From contig KE561145.1 of NCBI GenBank assembly GCA_000442015.1, positions 1 through 64,000 of the forward strand: 64,000 bases of DNA, given 5' to 3'. Source of the DNA: Rozella allomycis CSF55 (lineage: Eukaryota). The position numbers and the translations under genes are program-made. Of the stretch, positions 39,213-52,295 are shown in pieces. Below the pieces are notes generated by a model. The model did no database searches. It was given only the letters and a program-made list of their open reading frames with translations, and had not been told where the DNA came from. Every line of letters starts with the position of its first letter. Positions within the stretch are counted from its first letter, which is position 1.

Positions 39213-40347
39213 TCAATCGGGAAGAGACTTAGGTAGAACAGGTTTAGACAAAATTATTCTATTTTAGGTTGGTATATTTGAAAAATTACGGTTCATTTTT
39301 AAATTCTACAATATACTTTATATCATCGGGATAAAGTTGCCATGTATCAGCTTTTTAAGACTTCTTAGTCATCTTACGCAATTCGTGATGCAGGTCATTT
39401 GAAGTTAAAAGAGTGACACCAGCTTCATCATCTTGTTCAGTCTGAAATTGTTCCTTGTTAAAGTTCAAGTAAACCAATGGATCAACCAGTAAGACATTCA
39501 AATCATTACATGGCTCTCCATGATGATTTATTGATTCCATAGAGTCGATAACATCTAACTCTCGAAGAATCTCCCAATAGCTTAATTCTACCTCGTTGAC
39601 ATTAGATGATTGATCATTTTTGTGAAACCTATCCTTCTCATTCCTTTTGTATTTATAATAGTTTACAGTAATGACCTAAAGACGATTATAAACGGTTTAT
39701 ACTTTTAATTCTTTGAAGTCTAAAAGGTTTTCTATTATACAATGAGCTACATGTTGAAGCCAATCCTTGGAAGTCTTCAGATGGCTGCTAATGTTTATTT
39801 TATCCCCCGATTGCAATATGGAAAGTTTCTGGTATTCAAGTAATTCTGGGCCCGAATTTTCATCACTGGTTTCATTTTCGTCCGTAATATGGATTTCATT
39901 ATCGTATTTGGTATCGTGATACGCTTCATACCTTCTTTCCACCGTCTCTAAATAACTCTGATTAAATTCATCTTTAGAAAGTGGGTATTCATCGTCCAAG
40001 CCAACGCTTAATTCACTTTCTTTATGAAACAAATCTGATATGGAGTCTATTACGATGCATTCAATCATTCCTACAAGAGAGGGTGCATTATGCTAATACC
40101 TGAATTAATTTGTTGTTTTATTTGTAATATGCATGACAATAATTGCCATCCATCGTGAACTTGAACATACATTGGTTTATCCATCCAATGATTTCCTGAG
40201 TCTGCAAGTCTTAATCTTAGATGACATACCGATGTATAAAGTTTTAGAATCATTTTTTAAAATATATAGTGATATGTTTTCCGAATTAAAATTTCTTGGC
40301 AATACTAAATCTGACCATCGACTGTCGTCGTGAAAAATACTTTTCAT
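39213..40347 (-). CDS. divergent RecA/RAD51-paralog-like protein lacking Walker A
   Basis: KTLYIDSGNHW and CIVIDSISDLF after splicing; 5 introns. Confidence 0.5.
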
Positions 40348-40363
40348 AAATTTTGGCAGTAAA

Positions 40364-41404
40364 TTATTTTTTTATTAAAGAATTATCTTTTAAAAACTGT
40401 ATGAACTTTTCATTTTCAATCAATGATTCCAACTCACATTTCGATGATCGTTGCAACAATGCTGTAGCTTCACTCCGAATGGTCAAATCTTCGGAAGTTA
40501 ATAAGCACTTTAGGATCGATAAGTCCCGCTTAGAGAATGGTAGCATATGTCTTTCTTTTAAATTGTATCTTTTAACGCGTAGTGGTGATGATACCTTTCA
40601 AATTGATACGTTTTCAATCCTAATAGGTCTATTGACTTAACAGCTAAATCTTTTCTCGACTAAAAAATTATAATTATGGTCCTTACTCTTGATCCATTTT
40701 TATAGATTGAATAAATATGCAAACCATGTGGATCGTTATCGACTAGGGCGTATATACATACATTAAAAATACAGCTGTTAAGAAAATGAAGTAATTCTCT
40801 TGTTCTCTCGCAAGGATAGCCTTTCCCCTAGTCAACTTTTATCTACTTTATTACACATATCAACAAGGTATTGGGGAAATTGAACTCTTTTAGATAATTG
40901 AAAATTGTCTCCTTCTCAATAACTAAGATAGCGTCAATTTTTTCAATAAATTTAATTTTGCAATGATCCCAATTCTCTGGTATCTGTCCACCCTAATCAA
41001 TAAGAGAAATTCTGTTCATACATTTGAGAACTCAGTTGACAATTCATTGTATAAAAATATCAAGGGTCCCTTTATTAATCCTTTCCCGGCAGCCACGATG
41101 TGAAGTTCTTTCCTTGTTAGCCCGGTGAGTTTCATTATTTTGTTCAAGGCTTGTTGCATTTGCTTTTGCGTTCCAAATAATCCAACATTTTCATAATACA
41201 ATTGCCTTTAAACTATTTTCGAAAATGATACCTCTGATTTAGATGGCGATTGCTAGTAATTAAGTTAGAACATCTGTTCAAAAGAAATACCAGTCGGCAA
41301 AAGTATTCCGCGTTACGGACTATTTTCAATATTCTACTATCGTCTGTGCTGTTCCCGGTTAATGCAAGATACAAAGTCATTACAACCTCTTTAATGTTTT
41401 CCAT
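40364..41404 (-). CDS. SPO11: meiotic topoisomerase VI-A homolog SPO11
   Basis: RQLYY (catalytic Tyr), AAGKGLIKG, LVIEKETIF, GKGYP, ALVDNDPHG, LPFSKRD..KCELESL. Confidence 0.92.
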
Positions 41405-41525
41405 TATTGACCCTTGTAAATGAGAAAATTAGGTATATTTTTTACACTTCTTATAAATTTATAGCCAAGATCTATTATGTACTATACTACTAAGTAAACG
41501 TAAATATAGTTAATGTTAATTTATT

Positions 41526-42057
41526 TTAATTGGTAATCGGAAAAGTTTTAATCAGTGTAAACGTCGATTTTGAGAATTCATCGGCGCTCGAAACTTGATC
41601 AGCTTCGACATAGTTATTCTTCTTAAAAAGGTCAGCTACATACGAATCATCATTTTTACACTTCACAGAGATGGCTTTGACTTCGGCATCTATACTTCTA
41701 TTAATGAATTCCTCTATTTCTTCTAGTATATTTGAATCTAACAAATAGAATCATTGCTAATTACTAAACAATACACTTCTGTACTCTGCTAAAACACAAA
41801 ACGTGATTAGCTCTATATTACAGGTAGGATCTTTTTGAAGAACTATTTTCTTCGCAGCAAAAGCACCCACGCATAGGTCTTTGTAGTAAACTATTTGATT
41901 TAAATGGAGACGTAATACCTAGTTGGCATATCATATCATGTTTGAAAATTTGACTGTAAAAGGCATTATCGAAAGATTGATTTTGACATTTAGATATCAA
42001 AATTTTCAGCTGCTTTAGATTATTAGCAGTAATATCTCCTAAAGAAATTTGCTGCAT
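41526..42057 (-). CDS. NAA50: NAA50/San-like GNAT protein, degenerate acetyl-CoA motif
   Basis: ISLGDITANNLKQLKIL, FY, VYYKDLCVGA, CVLAEYR. Confidence 0.7.
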
Positions 42058-42319
42058 TATGCGAATTTTCAAAGTAGAATTTACTTTTTTCTAGAATGTA
42101 AATAATTCGATCAAATGATTATGTTTAGGTAATTTATGACTGTTATAATATATTTGTATGATAGTTTCTTATTGTAACTTGTTAATCATTAAACGTGAAA
42201 TTTCAGAATTTCTTTTTTTCGACCCTTGTCAAACCTTTGGTAAGTTTTGTATAGTTTTTACGCTCTGACTCTGCCTTTTGAATATAAATTTTTGGACTGT
42301 CACTAATATTTAGAACACG

Positions 42320-42783
42320 ATGTTGATTCCAAAGCAAAATCGCCGCGCTATTTACGAATATCTCTTTCGTGGTAAGTGACAGAGTGAAATATAACAATAG
42401 AGGGAGTCTTAGTTGCAAAGAAAGATTACAATGCTCCAAAGCACATGGAACTCGATGTTCCAAACTTGCAAGTTATCAAGGCTTGTCAATCATTGAAATC
42501 CAACGAATATGTTAGAGAAGTCTTTTCATGGCAACACTATTACTTTTTCCTTACTGATGCTGGTATTGAATTTCTTCGCCAATATTTGCATCTCCCAGCT
42601 GAAATTGTCCCAGCAACATTGAAAAAGACTGCACCAATTCAAAGACTTGGTGAAAGACCACAAGGACGTCGTGAAGGAAACGAAGATTACCGCAAGGGTG
42701 AAAAGAGCGTTCCACCATCTGCTGACTACAAGGCTGAATTCAGAGGTGGTTATGGACGTGGAAGAGCAACTTCTAACCAATAA
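42320..42783 (+). CDS. RPS10: 40S ribosomal protein S10 (eS10)
   Basis: [49 protein letters not shown]. Confidence 0.97.
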
Positions 42784-42822
42784 ATTATATTTCATTCACT
42801 TATTTAAATGAAGGTATTTTTA

Positions 42823-45221
42823 TTAAATAATTGCGTGTTGTCTGTATAGTAAATTCCTGACTTTGTAATAAGCATCGGTTAAATTTCCTTCAATTGTAAG
42901 TTTTCCAGTTGAATCCTTTATGAGCGCCAAAAGAAAGCTTACTTTTCTTACAATGACAGAGTCATTGCAAACCAAGTCTCCCTTGTAGAACTGAGTCATT
43001 AAGCCCGATTGATTGCAAAGTTTTCTAAATTCAGACAATTTAACGTCTCCAATAAAAATTGGCTGTCTTACATCAGCAACTTTTGACTGATCAGAAATAA
43101 TGTCCAGAGTAGGAACAGTTGAAGTGTCTTCTTCACTCTTCTTTCCAACAATGCCATTAATAAATGACAACTCATACGACGCCAACTTTTCAAACTGCAA
43201 TGACGATAATATCGCATCGGTTAACTTAATTTGATAGATATTAGTGTTGGAAGAAACGTTAACGACTTCTAAGAGTTTTGGCGAAATGACGTCATTCGTA
43301 ATATCATTTGAGAAATTACAATATTGAGCAAGCGCGGTTGTAGCTTCAGGAGAGCCCCCTATAAGGATGATTTTCTTTGGACTGATGTGAGTTAAAATGT
43401 TCTTTATTGAACGACCATCTGCGTATCCCCCAAAATCGATGGCTCGCATGTATAGCCTCAAATGAAGAGTGAAATCATAACCGACCCATTTTTTAGGTCT
43501 TTGGGATTTTTGAGGCTCATCTTCCTTTAATTGATTCAGTCTCCTTTCTTTTTCAATTGCACGGCGACGTTCTTCCAGATCATCGGCGGTTAAATAATCT
43601 TCAGCTTGAATGGATTCCCCATAGTCATCAAACTTTAATCTTTTTTCAAAATAAGGAAACATTTGGTGCGTAAATGACTTTTTAAAGAAATCACCTCCAA
43701 ACGAAGCGTCTTTAACATTCAAATCAAACTGAGTCAAAGTCCAATATCTTTCTTGTTCAATTTCTGCTAATCTGGCCCTCTTTTTGTCATTGGTGCTTTC
43801 ATCATCGGATTCTTCACCATCACTCGCCGCTTCTAGTTGCTTTTTGTACTCTTCTTCTTCTTCCTCCTTTCTTTTTCTTTCAATTTCTTCTCTTAAAAAT
43901 GATTCCAATTCTTCGCCGACTAAATCATCTTCTTTTTGGTAAGATATTTGAATTGACGCTTCCCTATTCTTTGTTTCTGCAAATTTCAAAATTTGGGAAT
44001 AAAACTTTGAATTCGACAATTTAAATGGTAAAATGAGGCAATTCTTTTTATCTTTGCCAAATTCCACCAATAAATCTCTTGAGAATCCATTTTCAAGACT
44101 TTCGGATGTGGCCAATATTATCTTTCCACCCCGGTAATCTCTGAGCTCTTCCATTGACGATATCAATTTGATATTTCTATAATCAAATCTCAACATCATT
44201 ACTTTAAATTAAATGGATTTTCTCTAGAGTTCTCAAAAGACCTCTTTACATTTTCGCTCATCCATTCAATGGTACTTTTCGCATACTCAATAACCTTTTG
44301 ACTACAAGAAGAAAGGAAAAATATTGGCTTGTCCAATTTATTGTTCTGCCAATACTGCTCGAACGTATAAATTAATTCCAATGATCGTGAGCAGGTATCG
44401 ACAGGTATTATAACGGTACCATGATTATCCAAGACCTTTACGCAAATCCCTATTGACCTAAAATTAAATAAATTTACCAAAAAGTTCTCCTTCTCTTTGT
44501 TTTCGAGGATTAGTCGACGATAAAGAATGTTTAGAATCAGTAATTAGAAGAGTCGGCCGGGAAATCGCATCTAATGACGCCTCATTCACATATCTATTAG
44601 TAACTTTAAATATATTTACTTTTCCTTTCTATGATTATATCCAACTGCATAAACAATATCGTCCGTGTCTTTTCGTAAACGCCAAATGCATGCCCCAAGA
44701 GAGTGACCAGCATTATATGGTACTGCGTGAATACCACGAACAATTCCTATAAAATCGATATTGATCTATTACCTGGCAGCGTAATGTTCTGCAAATATCG
44801 AAGCCCGATACATTTTTCAAATACTGGCATGATATCACCCATGGAAAAGTAAGAAAACGGGCCGTCCAGGCATTTTGCCCGCAATGCCTCTTGTATTGTA
44901 AGTGGTCCAAAATTCATGATGGGAATAGTCGCGTATATTGGGCAATGAAGAGCCATTTCTTTATAGACATAGACAAGACCGCCTAAATATTCGAGGTTAG
45001 AATGTGACAACAGAATAACATCAATAGTTTTAGTTAATCTTTGTTTTCAAGAAATAATATCGGTACTTTGTTATTCGCGACAAAAGGTCAGGTAAGACTT
45101 CAAAGGCTGGATCACATCCACAATCTAATAAAATCTTTTGCTGATCTATTTCAAGCAAATAGCAAAGAGGTTCATCGCCAAAAGCTCCCGAAATCGGTGT
45201 AAACTTTACAAACGATGTCAT
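42823..45221 (-). CDS. CPSF2: cleavage and polyadenylation specificity factor subunit 2 (CPSF100)
   Basis: [53 protein letters not shown]. Confidence 0.93.
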
Positions 45222-45494
45222 TAGGAAATTCCTAAATAACGAAAAATATATCACGACCAATTTTACTCAATTTATTTGTGCCGTAGTACAGATTTTAAAA
45301 TATTTTTAATTTTTTATTACATCTCTACATACTTCAAGTTTATCTTGTTGGTTTTCTCACAACAACCTTGAACCTATATGCAATTCATCCAATGTGCATA
45401 GTATAACGTCTAAATGAAACTTACAATGTGCAATGTACACTTAATTTAACTTTATTTCACACTCTTGTTTTTCTTGCCTGAATTTCCTAAATTG

Positions 45495-46437
45495 ATGAAT
45501 TCTAAGCTGGCACATCAAATACGCCGTGCAAATGGAATCATCCCAATATATAAACCCTCTGGTATTCTTTGCACCAAAATTTTAGAGGACCTTAAGTATA
45601 TAGTTGAAAAAGACCTTCTTAAAGAGGACGAAACAAGAAGCCGGCATTCCGTCAAGAAATTCTTACAGAAGAATTTTAAAGTCGGACATGGCGGAATTTT
45701 AGATAAGGATGCCAAGGGAGTTTTATGTAAAGTATCTATGTTAATTCTAATAGTAATCGGATTTAACAAGGCTTGTGGGGATTTGAATCTATTTCGAAAT
45801 GGGCGCAAGGTTTGTAACTCGCTTTATTAATATAGGAATATAAATGCGTAGCCAAACTTGGAGCTTTTACCACGTCTGATGATGCTTCAGGAGAAGAAAT
45901 TATAAAGAAACCTTTTGAGCACGTCAATCTAGATCTCGTAAATCGAATTATCGCCACAAAATTTATGAATGAAATAATGCAAAAACCTCCATTGTAAAGT
46001 GATTTTTGCTTTGTGATAGGTATTCGATGGCCAATGTTAATGGAAAAAGAGCCCATCAATTGGGGCGCCAAGGCAAGATTACTTTAGATATGATGGAAGC
46101 AAAGAAAAGATATATATATTCATTCAAGGTATTTGAGTTTTCACCGCCCTATTTGTCATTTCAATTGCAATGTTCATCAGGGACGTATGTCCGATCAATC
46201 GTGAGAGATCTCGCATTAGAAATGGATACAGCGGCCCATGTTTTTAGTCTAGAAAGAACTTCGAGTGAATTGATAACTATAGATGATTGTATTTTTCTGG
46301 ATCGTATTACTTGTGCAAACGATTTGCTAGACCTTTTAGCCACTAGAAAATTCGACATGAGAAAACTACTTTCTTTATCCACAAGAAATCAAATGTCATG
46401 TACCAAATCAGCATTGTACGAAATGATGCAAGAATAG
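45495..46437 (+). CDS. PUS4: TruB-family tRNA pseudouridine-55 synthase
   Basis: KVGHGGILD, QKPPLYSM, CSSGTYVRSIVRDL. Confidence 0.88.
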
Positions 46438-46467
46438 CACTTTGCAAAATAAAATAACTTAACATTT

Positions 46468-47573
46468 TTATTTAATTGCCTTCATCTTGCACAAAATGGA
46501 CCCTCCCAGCCAAGAATTGCCGACTAAAGAGAAATTTGTGTCTTTAATTTTTATGAAATTTAATAAATGATCCATATTTTGCGTCCTTAAAGCTTCTCTT
46601 AATGTTTGTTCTAAAGCACTCGAAAAGCCGCTAGCAGAACAAGTTCCACCAGACAGTAAAATATTTTCCATTAAAGTTTTTCTTGTGTCGCAAGGACACT
46701 AAATTTTTTTTGTCAAAAGTTTACCTTTTTTATTACTTTTACGATCAACTTTGATATATTCATATCTTCCCATCCCTCAACAAAAATTGATCTATAAATA
46801 TCTGAGAATATTCTTGACGGGACTTGGAAAGTGTTATCTTTATAATCGAAGGATATCATCGTTTCATTTACATCTATGCTATTTTCAAGTTTGACTAGTG
46901 AAAACTTGGTTTTTAATGCTTCGATATAATTATTGTCAAAATCTGTCTCTGGAAATAATGATTTTAATGAATTTTCAAGTGCAGAACTTACGTCTTTCCC
47001 TCCAATCGGTATGATCTCAACCAGATTACACAACTGCCGTCCTTCAAATATAGGTGTGACTGTACAGTCATTGTGGCCACAATCTATCACTAATCCACTC
47101 GAACAGCCATATGAAATCATGGCAGCTATCGAGGAAGGTATATATCGAAGACTATCACACTAGATCATTCTTGAAAAAAAATTGTACCATGTAGCAATCT
47201 GTTAAAATTTCATATAAATAGTCTTTGATATAAGATGGTAGAAAATGATTTTCAATTATTATCACCTTCTTTCTGCTATTAAGTTGAAAATGTTTCATTT
47301 GGATTTCTTTTAGACAGTCCTTTATACCTTCTCTATAATCTTCACGGGAAGGTATCTTTAATTATCTTCAAATACATAAACTACTTTTGCATTGTTCTGC
47401 ATTATTTCATAGCATCCAATATTATCCTCAAGTGAGGCAACATTATAAATATGTTTTTGATAATTTAATATACAACGTGGAGCTATTTCACCAGCGATTC
47501 CTGCCTTGAAAGAATGTAAACTAACGTCGAATACAATAGTGTCATCAGTGTGGAAATTTTTCTGAAAACTCAT
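46468..47573 (-). CDS. actin-related protein, Arp10/Arp11 (dynactin)-like
   Basis: KAGIAGEIAPRCI, SGLVIDCGHNDCTVTPIFEG, NILLSGGT, SWLGGSI. Confidence 0.75.
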
Positions 47574-47846
47574 AATTTCCTAAGGGTCTGTTTCATGATA
47601 CTTCTTCTTCTATAGAGCCAGAGGCGGAGCATCAGATAAAAACCCTAAAGTACAATGGTCAATACAATTTTTTAATGCACATCATGGCTCCTTATTACCC
47701 GAAACGCTATAATTCTTTTTGAAAATATGTAGAATGATTTATTTATTTGATTTATGCAAAGCTACGAAGGATCAACGCTAAATGTGGTTAGGTCGTTTCC
47801 AACATTTGTTAAAATTTGTCACACGTTAGTTCTAAACATAGAATGT

Positions 47847-47919
47847 GGCTTTGTGGTCTAGGTGGTATGATTCTTGCTTAGGGTGCAAGAGGTCCCGGGT
47901 TCGAATCCCGGCAAAGCCC
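47847..47919 (+). tRNA. tRNA-Pro, anticodon AGG, intronless
   Basis: Acceptor stem GGCTTTG/CAAAGCC, anticodon arm CTTGC-TTAGGGT-GCAAG, T arm GGTTCGAATCC, followed by a TTTTT Pol III terminator. Confidence 0.97.
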
Positions 47920-47950
47920 TTTTTGTGTCCTTAAAGAAACATATATTTAT

Positions 47951-49312
47951 TTAAATGTATTCTTCAATATCCATCAAATAGTCTTTGAATTTAAGAGCAA
48001 ATAATTTTGCCACGTCCTCTACCTTGAACGGCTCATTTTGATAAACTTGCCACTCATGGAAGGTACCAGCCTCTATGGTAGGTAAAGTGACGTCTCTCTG
48101 TACTTTATTGAAGTACCTAACAATAATTTAATTCTATATATACTTCGATTTTATCGCTGGATAATGACAATCATCCCCGAGTATTGAAGAAATTACAAAG
48201 CTTATTACACAAAACAGCCAGAATTACTGATACAGTTGTTCGTCTGTTATATTTAAATTTGCCACACCAATTAACCCCATGAATACATTTATAAATTGGT
48301 CCACAAATGTTTTGAAATCATATTGGTCGTCCAAACAATTTGGGCTTTCATTAATCAAAATTAAATCAATAAACTTATCGACGCTGTGAGGAATTGTCTT
48401 CAAGGTTGTAAAAGAAAAATTTCTTTTACGTGTCGTTAAATAGTAATCCCTTGACATCTATAAATGAATCTACAGGATTGCCATACTAGAAACGGTTTAA
48501 TTACAAGGTTAGTTTTTAAATGAGCCTGAAGCTTCTTAATTGACTGACCAGCAGATATACAATAAACCAGTGTTGACGGATTGATCTTTTGAAGATAGTA
48601 AAATATAACATTACTGATTTCCAAAGATCTTCCATACGGAAAAATTGGCTGCTTGGGACGCAAATGAACAGAAGAGAACTTGATTTTGCAACATTCTCAT
48701 TATCGAAGCTGATTTGAATTCCAAGTTTACTAAATTCTGGATATTGATCAGGTCGTCTAGTGGACACAAAGATTTGATGGGCACTATAATTTGCTCAATA
48801 AACACGTTAATGATTCTTACAGTAATCTAATAAGCTATAAAGTATTCTTTGCCCCATATTTCCAAATCCAATAATTCCTATTTTGAAATTATCGTCTTTC
48901 CACGGATCTTGACCCTGTTAATTATAGTTTAGTTGATTACAGATACGCACGATGGCATCGATGAAGTTTTTTGCTCGTCATCTGATGACACGATACCATC
49001 TTCATCATGTAGCGTGCTTTCATTATATGAATTTGAGTTCGAAAAAGTAGATTTGCTTCTAATATCACCAATCTTAGTTTCCTGCCTTTCAGCCCTGTCG
49101 TACACGATTTGTCGCTGGAATGATTCAGTTACGAGTGCCATGTGAAGGCATTGTAGTATTATACTCTCTTCCATTGAATGATTTGCTTCTCTAATTTGGG
49201 CGTATATTTTTGAGTCAGTAGAACTATCTTGAATCGATTGTAAGACTAAATTTTGTGTATATCTTCTCACATTGTCGATTTTCTTTTTGCGTTCGCTTAC
49301 AGACGTTATCAT
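47951..49312 (-). CDS. NADP-dependent oxidoreductase domain protein (NOXRED1/P5CR-like)
   Basis: KIGIIGFGNMG, IFVSTRRPD, FDNENVA..LLFICVP. Confidence 0.7.
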
Positions 49313-49364
49313 GGAATAAACAATAATTCGGACTTTACAAAAAATACTACAAAAATACAAAAAC

Positions 49365-49954
<590 letters not shown>

Positions 49955-50040
49955 AATTTATGTTTTGATGTGTAAATAAATCGCTATGAGCATGTATACA
50001 AATTTCACCGACCAAATTTTGATAAATTTTGTAAATTGAA

Positions 50041-52238
50041 ATGGCAGAAAAGAGGGATTTTTTCTTTGGCTCAGGGAGTGACGACAAAGGAATACTTTCT
50101 GGCGACGAAAATACAAGACCTTTATTCTCTGGTGTGTTCTGTCCAGATAAGAAGTTTGGAAGCACTAGCTCTCGAAAGAGAAAGCGTCGTCTCAAACAAA
50201 TTAAGTATGATGAAAATGTGAGAGAAGGAGGATATCAATCTGATTCAGTGATAACACCAAAAAAAGCTTCGACGAAATTTACCTATGCATGTAGCAGCAC
50301 AGATTCTTCAATGGGTTCTTCAAGAGAGGACTCATTTAATCGATTAGGAGAACTAGAAGATATGAATATGGACAAGGACAGTGAAAATGAGGTTAAAAGA
50401 AGATATAAAGTTCTGCCAGTTAATATGTCTTCAAAAGAAGTTTTCAATGCTTTGAATAAGAGAAAATTTAGAAAAAAGTCAAATGTATTTGTATGTGATA
50501 GTGAAAAGTCGAACACTGGCATTTCTTTTAATAAGATATTTGGTTTAAACAATCATGTTAATAGGATTAAAGAAATAATATTCTTTCCTTTGATGTACCC
50601 TGAAATATTTAAGCGACTAAATATTCGTCCACCAAATGGTCTCTTATTTTATGGACCCCCTGGTAAACAATAGTCTAAACCTGGAAAAGGGACTGGCAAA
50701 ACAATGATGGTTCGATCTCTTGTGAATGCTTGCTCGAGCCACTTAAAGCAAAAAGTTGCATTTTTTAGCAGGAAGGGGGGTGATTTACTGGACAAATATA
50801 TTGGTGAAGGCGAAAAACAGCTAATTGAATTGTTCGAAATGGCCAACGCACTACAGCCTTCAATAATTTTCTTTGATGAGATTGACGGTAAGGGGTTTAA
50901 TATAAAGGAAAAAAGGGTTAGCTCCAGCGAGAAATAGCAAAAATCAAGACCAGTCGCACATATCTCTAGTCAGTACCCTTCTTGGTTTAATGGATGGAGT
51001 CACTTCACAGAGTAGCCATGTTGTTGTTATTGGGGCCACCAATAGGCTTGACAATATTGATCCAGCGCTTAGACGCCCAGGTAGATTTGATTATGAAATG
51101 TTCTTTCCACTACCAAACGAAGACACGCGCTATGAAATTTTAAAAAATCTTACAGTTGAAGAATTTGCATCGCCATACGATTTATCCGATGATTTCATAA
51201 GAGAGTTGGCCAAACGGACTGAAGGCTTTAGTGGCGCAGACATAAACGGACTGTGCAAAGAAGCAGCGATCAGAGGGCTACGCAAGTCTTGTTCTGAAAT
51301 ATATGATATTAGCAAACCAATTAATTATTCTGTAGAAAAAATGAAATCTATTATTGTGGATAGTCAGTGCTTCAATGAAGCCATGGAGAAGGTCGTAGGG
51401 TCTACTACAAAATATAGTATCGCTAATCCAAGATTGAAAGAATTGGAGCCAATTTATTATGAATTGCTTTCTGATCATTTTCATTTAGCGCTTGAAACAA
51501 TAAACAATTTTTTGCATGATATTCCTGGTAAATAATATCGTTTCTTGTCAAAGGAAATCGATACCCAAGGATATTAATCAGCGGTGTTCGCGATAACGGG
51601 CAATCTGAGGTCCTCTCTGCGTGTCTTTTTGACCTTAAGAAAAGAGGTATTCATATTGAATACCTAAATATTGCAGACCTTTGCTTCAAAGTAATCAATT
51701 CTAAGCATAATGTTAGAGTCCTGATGCAGTCTTAACCAGTGCTATTTCTCAATGCTCAAAACATCAGCCAAGTGTCCTTTGCATTCAAGACTTGATTTCT
51801 CTTCATAACTTAACGGATTCTGAAAATTCCGCAAATATTTGGATACTTTTCGCCCATGCGATTCAGTATTTTATTAAACCCGGCGACAAAATAATTGTCG
51901 TGGCTTGTTCTGATGTGCCTTTCTCAAAACTTCCTGAGGAAATACAAGGCTTATTTTCATCAGATTACATTGAACTTAACTCTTTAGCACAAGTAAAACA
52001 AAATGTAAATCTGGACAAGGAAAAAATTCGAAGGTTGCTAGAATTCCGCATTGAAGAATTTTCCGCCTTTGTGAAAGAAAGCTTAAATAACAGCCAGGTA
52101 TCCATTGATAAAGCCAAACTTTTGGAAACATTATTGTCTCGCTCTCCTAAACTCTCTCTGGGATCATTAGAATCATTGTGCGCAATGTTCTTTAAAAACA
52201 TTAAAACGTCATTGAATACCACCAATGTATTTGAATAA
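50041..52238 (+). CDS. ATAD2/Yta7-like AAA ATPase, no bromodomain evident
   Basis: LFYGPPGTGKT, KVAFFSRKGGDLLDKYIGEGEKQL, PSIIFFDEIDGLAP, DPALRRPGRFD. Confidence 0.85.
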
Positions 52239-52295
52239 ATTAAATTATATAACATCCATCTATAATTAATTTTTCATTGAATTATTCAAGGAAAG

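Noticed and set aside
45330-45400. Hairpins between CPSF2 and PUS4 (TTCAAG/CTTGAA with TTGTTG/CAACAA)
   Set aside because: Short AT-rich stems with no convincing H/ACA or C/D boxes.
47660-47690. SECIS-like ATGA…AAA…TGA on the minus strand
   Set aside because: The helix is too short, it is not in a 3'UTR, and no in-frame TGA selenoprotein is nearby.
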